Source of the DNA: Octopus sinensis
Lineage: Eukaryota
Assembly (NCBI RefSeq): GCF_006345805.1
Contig: NC_043010.1
Location: 18,352,001 to 18,416,000 of the forward strand
Direction of reading: 5' to 3'
Length of the DNA: 64,000 bases
Within the stretch, counting starts at the first letter, position 1. The number at the start of each line of letters is the position of its first letter. The notes under the pieces were generated by a model. The model had not been told where the DNA came from. It made no database searches and saw nothing but the letters and a program-made list of their open reading frames with translations. Of the stretch, positions 53,001 to 64,000 are shown piece after piece. A program made the translations under genes and the position numbers.

Positions 53001-55990
53001 CTAGTTTGTGAATCCACCTCTGATACGTGGCACTTGATCAACAAGGGAGTTCGATGCTGCTGCCCGCATCCGTGTCTCCTGTCGTGAGGTAGGTTCATCT
53101 GGGACTCCCAACAAGAAGAGATCCAGTTTAGTTTTAAAGAAACCCACATCCACACCATGTAAGTCTCTCAGGCATTTAGGGAGGATGTTAAAGAGCTGTG
53201 GTCCTCTGAAACCCAAGCTGTGCAGTATCTGGACCTGTATTTTGATGGTGATGTTGGAATCCTGGCACCACGCAGCGGCGCCCCGTTCTGCGGTTGGAGT
53301 AACTTTGAATGCCAAAGTTTGGGACAAGACCCTCCAGGATTTTCCAGATGTATATCACTGCATATCTCTCCGCCTCCGCTCCAGGGAGAAGAAGAGGTTA
53401 ATACCTTCAGTCTTTCCCAGTAGCTGACATTTGCATTGAGACGATTTTCTTTGTGTAGCTTCTCTGAGTTGCTTCGAGTTCTGCTGTTTGTTTTATATTG
53501 TGTGGTGACCAAAGTTGGGAGCAGTAGTCCAAGCGGCTGAGGACAAATGTTTTCCATAGGACCATCAGTGTCTCCTTCTCTCTTGTTCTGAAAGTTCGGA
53601 GAATCCATCCAGCTAGCCGTCTGCATTTTATCACCAGATTAGCAATATGCATTTGGAAAGATGCATCATTGCTCATGTCAATGCCCAGGTCACGCACTGA
53701 TTTTGACTCAGGGATTGCAATTCTTCCTGGGCCAGTGTATCCAGTCTTCACGTCATTTACTTTGTGTGCCAGTAGCGCAGGGCCTGGAACTTACCTGCAT
53801 TAAACTGCATGTTGTTGTCCTCAGCCCACCTGTATATTGTGTCCAGCTCATGTTGCAGATGCGCAATATTTTCAGGGTTTTGTATTGCGTGGGAGACTTT
53901 TGTGTCATCTGCATAGCTAGCAAGGGTGGTCATCGTAGCAACTGAAGGCATGTCTGAAAGGGCCACTATGAACATCAGTGGCCCCAAGACAGTGCCCTGT
54001 GGGACACCGCTTGTTATTTGCGTTTCCCTGGAGGTGGCTCCATTGCTCACAACTGCCTGTTTCTGTCTTTTAGGAGGAAGTTGTGCAGCCACTCTCCAAG
54101 TTTCCCGCCTATGCCGAGACCACGCAGTTTGTGACAGATCATACCATGGTCGACTTTGTCAAAGGCTTTTGCAAAGTCAAGATATATTACATCCACATTT
54201 GAGCCATTTAGTAGCTGTTTCAACACCAGTCATAGTGTTGCAGGAGCTGTGTTAGGCAGCCTCTACCTGGTCGAAATCCATGCGGATGGGGTCAGACAGT
54301 AAGTCATTTTCTTCAAGGAACATGATTAGTTTCTTACGGACTATTCGTTCCATGACTTGCTGATGTGTGAGGTCAGAGAGATAGGCCTATAATTTTTAGC
54401 ATCTGCTCTGCTACCTCCCTTATGGATAGGGCATATTACCCCCTCTTTCAGTTTGACTGGGAGCTTACCACTTGCAAGAAAGCTCTGAAAAAGAAGCTGT
54501 AGCGGTTTGCAGGGCTCGTTTGCACGATTTGAGAAGGATCGCTGGGAATCCATCAGGTCCAGCAGCTGAGTTTGTGCAATCTCATCAATGGCTAGTGTGA
54601 TATCATCTTCTTCGATGTTGATGTACTCAATTTTTGTCTCTTTGGTCGCTGGTAAGTGGCAAAGAATTCTTCTGGGTTGTTACTTGCCTGTGTCTAGAGG
54701 TGTAGTGAACACACTTTGGAACTGTTCATTCAGTATTTCACTTATCCTCGTGGATTTCCTGTGAGAGAGCCATCTTTTTGGAAGAGAGGTCCTATTCTCT
54801 GGTGCACTGTGGCTGTCTCTTTGGCAAACTTAAAGAAAGCTTTAGGGTTTGATTTTATATTTTCTATTACCCAAGCTTCTTTATCTGCTCTCTCCTTTTC
54901 ATGGGACTGATGTAGACTTTTCTCAGTTTCCATTAGCATTCTTTCGAGCCGAGACTTCTCACCACTTTTGGTGTGCTTGCTCAGGCGGTTTGCAATCCTT
55001 GTCCGTCGTCTCATAAGAATCCTCCTTTCTCTAGGGATCCTGTTTTTGTCTTGTGTGTGCTGGCCCTGCACATTGGGACATATTTGTCACATATGGCTTG
55101 TATTATGGACATGAAGTGTTTGTGTTTCATGTTTATGTCCGGTGTGGAGAGACATTCAGGCCAATCCTGTTTGAGGATCTCTTTCTCAATCGACTTCCAG
55201 TTGGCTTTATGAAAGTTAAGTTGGAGAGATGGTGGGTGCTTCGTATAGGCTGTGTGTGTCTGCGGGGGCTTTTGTTCCATACATAGACAGCTCTATTATG
55301 TTGTGATCCGAGATCATTGTCGGCATCACATTAACATTATGGATAATATCCATATTGTTTGTAAAGCAGAGATCCAGTATATTATCTGCCCTTGTTGGTT
55401 GCAGAACTATTTGCTCCATGAAAGAGATATTTGTGAGATGGAGCAGGGACTCCACCTGTGCCTGCTGATGGTGTGTCATCCCTGGGAGCATCTGCCCCCA
55501 GGCCATTCCACATTGGGGAGGTTAAAGTCACCATGAAGAATACACTGTTGTGCTGTTCAAGGTTGGTGAGGACTTCTCTATTTTTGTTAGGCAGTCTTCA
55601 AACATGCCTGAGTGTTTGGGGCGTCTGGTGGGCGATATGTAGTGCATATGACGATATTCAGTTGTCTTATGTGTACAATTTGAGTTTCACATACTGAGTT
55701 TGAATATGACAGCAGGACTGGGGCGTGAGGTCATCTCGGATGTACATTGCAACTCCACCATGGCTCCTCCCTTTTCTATCTGTGCGTATGACTGCATATT
55801 GCGGCATGTGTATTCTGCATCACCTATATCGGGTTCAAGATGCGTTTCTGTGAGTGCCATGCATATAGCTTGATTGCATGTCACAAGGTCTCTCAGGAAT
55901 GAAATTTTCTTTTTACAGTTTCCGCGCAGCAGCCCTCCTACATTCAGTAGAAATATTTTTGTGGTGTGTGTGTTGGTGTTGGTGTCTGTG
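53001..55990 (-). pseudogene. LINE ORF2 pseudogene: apurinic endonuclease + reverse transcriptase
   Basis: ORF-track pieces 55687..56091 (KIFLLNVGGL...ALTETHLEPDIGDAE), 55216..55506 (PTRADNILDLCFTN), 54742..55071 (NIKSNPKAFFKFAK), 54341..54553 (PIHKGGSRADAKNYRPISLTSH), 53757..54092 (SGVPQGTVLGP, YADDTK), 53407..53751 (SRLDYCSQLWSP), 53001..53327 (GPQLFNILPK). LDFAKAFDKVDH read by hand near 54150-54185. Start coordinate approximate. Confidence 0.95.
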
Positions 55991-56839
55991 GTGGCCATCC
56001 TGCATCTGTTGGAGGTGGCCTTATGTGGTGGTAGTTCCAGCTTTGTGCTTGTAGCCAGGTCAGCTGCTGAACAATTTTTTGTGCCATGCACAAAAAAGAC
56101 TGCTGTTCAGCTGCCGCCCTTCTCACATCTGGGTGAAGCTGGCCACCTGTTGGGTTTCCGCGCACCACATCTGCATACCGTCTTTCAGTAGTGGTCAGTG
56201 CGCTTTTTCCCTTCTTTTAACTTTTTGTTTTTGTTCTCCCTGAGGGAGGGACCTCTGTCTCGCGTCCGTGCGGTTTTGGTAGGCCTCCGATGTGCAAAGC
56301 GACAGTTTGCACCTTCAACGCCGTACCAGCAGTCCCCCCTCAGGTAGAATTTGCAGGTGTTTCTTTCCTGCCCTTACAGTTTTTGCTGGGGGTCCCTCTG
56401 CTGTCTCTGGACAGGGCTTCCTTTAGCCTTGATTCTGTCACCCTTACCTCCTGCTTCCCATCAATTCCAGGGTGCCTTTCCTTTCTTGCGGCCATCGCAC
56501 CTCTTTGGTCTTCAGTTGTGGTGTTGGAAGCTGGACATGTGTCATCGTTTCCCTTTGTTCCAGGCTTCTCCATTTGGCTCTGGATGCTTTCCTCATCCTT
56601 TTGGCCCTCCCTGCTGCCGTCACCTCCCAGGATGATGTCCAGGGTGTCCATATGTTGCCTGATAGAGCGTACGAACGGATAACTTCTCTCTTCTTTCGCT
56701 CTATCTGGGCGGTGGTTCTCGAAAAATTGTTGCTTTTCAGCGCCGCAGCAATAATGTCGTTCGGCGAGTCGTCCTCAGCGATCTTCCAAGCGCGGACGAA
56801 CAATTGCACCTCTCGCAGACCAGACCAGTTTCTTGCCAT
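55944..56839 (-). pseudogene. LINE ORF1 pseudogene (about 300 codons over four frames) with N-terminal Myb/SANT-like trihelix domain and a CCCH zinc finger
   Basis: ATG at 56839: MARNWSGLREVQLFVRAWK...IIAAALKSNNFSRTTAQIERKKREVIRSY, continued after a frameshift by MDTLDIILGG. Hand translation of 56355-56290 gives CKFYLRGDCWYGVEGANCRFAH (C-x7-C-x8-C-x3-H). Confidence 0.75.
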
Positions 56840-56859
56840 TTTCTTCTAGTGAAATATAG

Positions 56860-57730
56860 GAACAGAGAGAGAGATAGAGAAGAGAGATATGAGATGGAGA
56901 GGGAGAGAGAGAAAGGAGAAAAGCCAGGGGGGATAGAGAGAGAGACGAGGGGATTTTCCTGAGAGAAGAGAGAAAGAGAGAAAATAAGAGGAAAAAAGAG
57001 AAAGGTGAGGAATGGCAGGTCAGCAGGGGAGAGTGAGCGGGATAGAGGTGTAGTAGAAAGGGACAGGGTGGAAAAGTGAGACAAGAGGGTGGACCCTAGG
57101 GGGGGGGGGCAGGGAGAAGAAAGGCGGAGAGATAAAATGGAGAGGAAGAGAGAGATGAAATGGAGAGGGAGAGAGAGAGAGGGCAGGATAGAGGTACCAG
57201 GGAGTGAAGTAAAGGGACAGAGAGGGTGGTGGAGGAAGGAGACAGAGAGAGGAAAAAAGAGACAGGGGGTGGTGAGCCTTAGAGGGAACAGGGAGAGGAA
57301 AGGTAGGAAGAAAAAAGGGGGGAAGAGGAAGAGAGGGGGCGCAACAGAGTGTAGTAAAGGGACAGGGAGGGTGGTGTAGAGAAAGAAATAAGGGGACAGA
57401 AGGGGAAGAGGAAAAGGGGTTTGACCTGTGAAGGAGCGGAGAGGAAAGAGGCAGAGAGAGGGAGGGGGAGTAACAGAGAGAGAGAGAGAGAAAGAGGGCG
57501 GTATATAGATACAAGAGAGAATGAGTGAAGTTGAGGAACTGAGAGAGGGGGTGAGGTGAGAGAAAGTTGATCTGAGAGAGATGCAGAAAGAGAAACGATT
57601 GCAGAGGGAGAGAGAGGGAGGAGGGGAGAGTGAGAGCGGAAATAGAGGGTCTGGTGGATGGGGAGACAGATAAGGTATAAACTGTATGAGAGAGATAGAA
57701 ATAGAAATGTAAGAAAGAGAGGGAGAGATT
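56860..57730. repeat. Purine-rich (GA/GGA) low-complexity tract upstream of LINE ORF1
   Basis: Almost purely A/G on the plus strand, i.e. a long pyrimidine tract on the LINE sense strand. Confidence 0.9.
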
Positions 57731-58543
57731 ATAAAGATAGAATAGCGCGTATTTTTATATCTTTTTAATTATTATTTTCTGTTTGAAAGAACACTAATGA
57801 TAACAAATAATAAAAATGTATGAGAGAGATAGAAATAGAAATGTAAAAAAGAGAAAGAGAGTGCGTGGCAGGCACGGAGGACGAAATTATAAAGATTATA
57901 AAGATAGAATACCGCGTATTTTTATATTTTTATGTCTTTTTTTAATTTTTTTTTAATTATTTTCTGTTTGAAAGAACACTAATGATAACAAGATAAATAA
58001 TATCTTACCTTACCGGCTGAGAGAGAGTACTTACGTGATTCCTTTTTATAAGAAAGGAAGATAGATAGACAAGACAGACCTTTTATATTCCTCCCCAAGC
58101 GCACTTTGTAAACAAAAGGGGTTTGAGTTTCGATTTAGCACATGCAACAGTTTCACGATACTTTCTATATTTTCCTAAGCGATTTGGTATTAAGCAGCAA
58201 ATTTTTCAGAGGCTTTTTTCAGAACACGCAGATATACATCAAAACGAAAATATCCTTCTCAAAAATACTGTGTCTTGTTGATTCACAGACGAAGAATAAA
58301 ATTCACTTCGATTTCGGGAAGTAACACACGTGCGTTTTAACACGTGTATTCGCGAGTATGTTCTAGTTGCAAATACTACATCAAAAGTGAAAATATTCTT
58401 CTCAAATACAGTGACTTGTTGTACTATCACTTATATTCGCTTTGCAGACAATTTCGCTTCTGATAACATCGATCTCTGGAAGGACTTCTTTAATATTTAG
58501 GAGAGACACGTTAACACACTTGTTGTTAGTTCAGCGCCATCTT

Positions 58544-58544
58544 G

Positions 58545-58600
<56 letters not shown>

Positions 58601-59522
58601 GAGAGAGATAGAAAGATAGATATACATATATACATATATATATATATATACGTATATACATATATGCATATATATATAGATATATACATATAGACATATA
58701 CATACATATATATACATATAGATACATATACATACATATAGATACATATACATACGTATACACATATACATACACATGTATACATAGACATAGATGCATA
58801 TATATACACATATATACATAGACATACATGCATATCTATACACATATATACATACACGCACATACATATATACACACATATACATACGCACACATACTTA
58901 TACACATATACATGCATATATACATACACATACATACATACATATATATGTATACATACACATATATATGTACATATACACATACATACAGATATACATA
59001 CACACATACATATATACATACACACATATACATATATACATACACACATATACATATACATATATATATATATATATACATATATACATACACATACATA
59101 TATATATACATACATACACATACATATATATACATATATACATACAAATACATATATATATATATATATACATACATATACATATATATACACATATACA
59201 TACACATACATTTATATACATATACATACATATATATATACATATACATATATACATACATATACATATATACATACACATACATATACATATTTACATA
59301 CACATACATATATACAAACACATACACGCATATATATATACAAACACACACACATATTTATGTATACATATACATATATATACATACATATATATATACA
59401 TATATACATGCACATACATATGCATATATACATACACATACATATGCATATATACATACACATAGATATATACATACGCATATATACAAACACACACACA
59501 CACATATATATACACACACACA

Positions 59523-59568
<46 letters not shown>

Positions 59569-59685
59569 CACACACCACACACAACACCACACATATATAT
59601 ATACACACACACACACACACCACACACACACATATATATATACACACACACACAATATATATATACACACACACACACACACATA

Positions 59686-59727
<42 letters not shown>

Positions 59728-59790
59728 CATACATACACATACATATATATACATACACACACACATATATACACACACACATATATATAT
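58544..59790. repeat. Compound TA/CA/GA microsatellite field, about 1.25 kb
   Basis: Directly visible; source of the longest low-complexity pseudo-ORFs. Confidence 0.95.
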
Positions 59791-60520
59791 GCTATTATTA
59801 GGCACAGCATATATATATCGTAGAATTTCCTCAATGTAATTTGAAGTAAAAACAGGAAACAAAGCGAGGCAAATGACACTGCGTTCGATTGTGCAGTGAA
59901 CTTCACCGAAACAATAAATCCTTAACTCGAGTAATAACAATAACAATAATAATAATAATAATGATAATAATAATAATAATAATGATAATAATAATAATAA
60001 TAATAATAATAGAGTGGCAGCCTTTTGTTCCCCACAGCAAGAAAAGTGGCGATCTCCAGTGTAAATAGGATCTGAAGTACAACAGCCCCACCACCCGGAT
60101 AATTTATTTTAAGCGGATGTTATAGCAGCGGTTTGCTTGTGAAGGTAAAAACATGCACTTTTCGTTCAAATTTTAAGCTGTTGGCGACCAGTGTGACGGA
60201 CAAAACTCTTGTATTTGGCTGGAGTACAGCCAAAGACAGGAAATGTTGCAATTCATTACATAAAGAACCACACCTTGTAAGAAGCCATCTTAGTTATAAG
60301 TAGCCTAGGTCGTATGAGGGTACCGTGTTTGGGATTTTAAAACTAAAATAGTTGATTGTTTCTTTGAGAAATATATCTTAGGTCAATTCTTCGGAGATTT
60401 CACTGAAAGTAAATTGCTGTTTTTTTTTCGATTATTTTTATTAATTGCTTTTATATTTACGTATGTACGTGTGTATGTGAGTGTCTGTATATGCGTTCAC
60501 ACTCACACAGATATACACAA

Positions 60521-60569
<49 letters not shown>

Positions 60570-60671
60570 TATATAAAGTTAATCCAAACAAGAAAACAAA
60601 AAGACAACAACGCAAGGATATGGAACAAATACAGTATTATTGGACGCTCAGGAAAGAAGGGAAGAAGGAGG

Positions 60672-60706
60672 GCTTGACGTTTCGAGCGGAGCTCTTCATC
60701 GGAAAC
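60672..60706 (-). ncRNA. Minimal type-I hammerhead ribozyme motif
   Basis: Minus strand: GTTT-CCGATGA-A-GAGC-TCC-GCTC-GAAACGTC^AAGC; helix III reduced to the palindrome ACGT, as in dimer-type PLE hammerheads. Confidence 0.6.
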
Positions 60707-60812
60707 ATAGGAGAAGGAAAGATCCTGAGACGGGAGGACAGAGGAAAAGAATCGCCGGTGGTATTCACGAGGTCACACACTAAAAGGCGGAAGTGGTAAA
60801 AATGGAGGAAAT

Positions 60813-61427
<615 letters not shown>

Positions 61428-62213
61428 GAAGAAAGATTTCTTAAATTTAAAGTTATTGCTTATATTAAACTCTTAAGAAGAATAGAATAACATGAACCTT
61501 TGTTTTAAGGAATTTTCCTATTTGAGGACTTTCACTGTTTGCAGCTTTTCGAACACACTTGTTCTGCGCTTACACTCAATACGAGTTCCTCCTTCCAAAA
61601 TATACGTCATTCTGTCTGTTTTTTAACATTTAAAAAACAATATAATTAATAATTTTTCATTTAAGAACATCTCTCTTCAAATATTGTGACTGTTTAAAGA
61701 ATATTTTGCAAAAACCTTTTAAATATATGAGTTTGTGAGTGTGTGAGTGTGTGTGTGTGTGTGTGTCTGTGTGTGTGTATGTGTGTATGTGTGTGTGTGT
61801 GCGTGCGTGCGTGCCATAGAGTGTGCTGGAGTGTTTGTATTTATTGCTTCAGTCAGAACAAATTTCATGTATGGTCAATAAGGTGACCATTACATTACTA
61901 TTCGACTTGCAGTTGCAGCTACCTTGAATCAAGCATCAACATCATAAAAAGAGAAAGACACTTAAGGAAGGGCACATTATCCCCGAAAACAAACAGGTTT
62001 CGCCTGAACGACGGTCATATGTAGGCTCTTCATCAGGATATGACAGGCGGCAATAAACAACAATTACAAGTTTTCAAATTTTATTTCGCCCTCGATTATC
62101 GACTGATCAGACAAAGAGATGCATTTCGAACCTACATTTCTGAAAATGAGTTGGTATCCATGCACATATGTATGTCCATGTGCATAAATGCACAATGTGC
62201 ATAGATATAAATA

Positions 62214-62432
62214 GGTTTGTTTGTCCTCTCTGTGTTTAGCCCCTTGTGGGTAGTAAAGAAATAGTTATTTCGTCTGTCTTTACGGTCTGAGTTCAAATTC
62301 CACCGAGGTCGACTTTGCCTTTCATCCTTTCGGGGTCGACAGATTAAGTACCAGTTGCGTACTGGGGTCGATCTGATCGACTGGCCTCCACCCCCTTAAA
62401 AATTTCTGGCCTTCTGCCTATAGTAGAAAAGG
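62214..62432 (+). mobile_element. SINE family B, 5'-truncated two-unit form
   Basis: End of left unit (TTTAGCCCCTTGTGGGTAGTAAAGAAATAG) joined to right unit ending GCCTATAGTAGAAAAGG. Confidence 0.87.
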
Positions 62433-62968
62433 TTAATTTATACGCACTCTTCGCTCCGTTTCCATATATTTGATTTCACTCATAAAGCTTTGTTTAAAGC
62501 TACAATATTGAATGTGTCACGCTGTAGGACCGAACCCGTATATATCAGAAAATCACCACAATCAAATCCCTTCGCAACAAACTACAAGCCATAGAGCGTG
62601 CATCAGCCAGTCAGTGAAATAATCGTGTTTGAATTAAGCATGAAAAGTTCCTCATTGAAGTTGCTTCACAGGAGACAAAACTACGACGCTTTCCCGTCGT
62701 TTGAAAGAAGCGATATTTATAGCACAGAAAACAAAAATATATCTAGATACGTAAATGTTAGCTGATAACGCTACCATTCTATATGGAATTACACAAAAGA
62801 ACTGCGAAATTAAATATAGAAGACTAACCTAATTTCAACACACGCAGTTCATGTAGAATAAACTATGAAAATATCAAGAAATTCACCGCTAAACATTTGT
62901 TATATTTAGCTAAAGCGGGAAGACTGAATTAGTAATTAAGTATCTTCATGAAAACATGTTATATTTCG

Positions 62969-63030
<62 letters not shown>

Positions 63031-63511
63031 TTGGTTTGTCTTGGTATAAAAGACGGGCTATAGCAAATATTCTGCTCAATACCACAGATTTGCTTGTCAG
63101 TTGTTTAACCTTAACCAGTTGAGCATGTCCCTTAGTGGCTGACAATATGTGCATCTCTGATCACAAGTAGAAGTAGTGAGGGAGCATCATAGCCATGTGT
63201 TGAGAGGGATTCTTTGGGGTTTAAATAATTCATCTCTAGAAACATGGGGGTTTCGTTCAGCATCCTTAAACAACTCTTATTCCGGGAGCTTTTGAACGGG
63301 ATGGGTTACTTGACCAGAAGAAAATTCTAACTGGGCCCCCACCTGCAAAGTCATGTGCTGTTTATCTTGATATGAGATCACCGTATCGCGCACATATGGT
63401 TGTGATGCATGTGCCTGGTGTACCCTTATCAGATGGGTAGTCATGATGGGTATACTGGGCTTTGTATATTTTACCCGTGTCACTTTGATGGCATACACTG
63501 CTCTCTTACTC
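63031..63511 (+). mobile_element. Family D element embedded in (TAA)n, probably a 5'-truncated non-LTR retrotransposon 3' end
   Basis: Homologous to 31361-31690 and 31815-31923 in opposite orientation; (TAA)n on both sides. Strand inferred from the shared terminus. Confidence 0.7.
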
Positions 63512-63566
<55 letters not shown>

Positions 63567-63862
63567 TCGATTGATTTATTTGATATAGATGGTCGCCTTA
63601 CCGGAAGTTAATCCACTGACAACTTGGATGAGCCAGCCGGAAGCCTGCAACAAGTTCTACTCATTTCTGCTCATCTGCTCGTCCACCCTCATCAGAGAAT
63701 TATTCCAAGCGCTAAATTCGAAGTAGCTAAACATAAAGTGACCTGAGCTAATAAACGCAATAAATTTGCTTTGCACCCGGTATTGAATACTCTAGATTTT
63801 ATCTGCAAAGTAATGTTATAAATATCTATACATACACATTTCTTTGTCTCAATCTGCCTCTT

Positions 63863-63910
<48 letters not shown>

Positions 63911-64000
63911 TTACTATCTCTCTCCACACACGCACGGACACACATACACATACACAATATACATATATGCAAATGTATATGTATTATATACAGAGACCAA

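Larger units (their letters stand above)
52927..56845 (-). mobile_element. Near full-length, degraded CR1/L2-group non-LTR retrotransposon (ORF1 + APE-RT ORF2 + short 3' UTR and repeat tail)
   Basis: Minus-strand ORF fragments tile in the expected order: ORF1, APE (LLNVGGL, ALTETHL), RT (NYRPISLTS, SGVPQGTVLGP, YADD), C-terminal region (GFRGPQLFNILP), stop at 53001, then a 3' UTR ending in (AAGGATTTT)x2. Several frameshifts. Confidence 0.95.

Noticed and set aside
49790-53815. Inverted CR1 segments flanking the PLE, resembling long TIRs of a composite element
   Set aside because: The segments are visibly diverged from each other (roughly 80-85% by eye) and have unrelated ends; better explained as independent insertions.
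58497-59946. Long ORFs up to 331 aa ([12 protein letters not shown]-rich), and similar ORFs throughout the window
   Set aside because: Translations of TA/CA/TATG microsatellites, which lack stop codons in several frames; no coding signal.
61995-62050. Minus-strand CTGATGAAGAGCCT...AGGCGAAAC hammerhead-like string
   Set aside because: Extra bases between core and helix II and no credible helix I; no PLE-like flank.
63640-63695. Minus-strand CTGATGA...GAAA
   Set aside because: Helix II does not close and helices I and III do not form.

Overview
Eukaryotic, repeat-saturated 64-kb window with one 100-N assembly gap (21957-22056). The SINE families and microsatellite load suggest an octopus genome (inference from recalled repeat families, not a database search). 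No host protein-coding exon, rRNA, true tRNA or CRISPR array could be supported, and nearly all ORF-track entries are microsatellite translations or transposon debris. The window holds a near full-length but frameshifted CR1/L2-group LINE (52927-56845, minus) and further CR1-type fragments. It also holds an R4-clade RLE retrotransposon remnant, RTE fragments, Penelope-like elements (PLEs), a Tc1/mariner element with a nested MITE, a mariner-type MITE, at least three tRNA-derived SINE families in about 30 copies, and five foldback hairpins. The most interesting observations are: (1) the LINE ORF1 appears to combine a trihelix Myb/SANT-like domain with a CCCH zinc finger, behind a candidate spliceosomal intron; (2) several type-I hammerhead ribozyme motifs lie next to (TA)n tracts, one structurally complete; (3) three foldbacks carry the 3' half of a hammerhead at their inner ends; (4) the commonest SINE shares a 3' tail with the LINE, with a covarying stem-loop; (5) an element is always joined to (TAA)n at the same junction.
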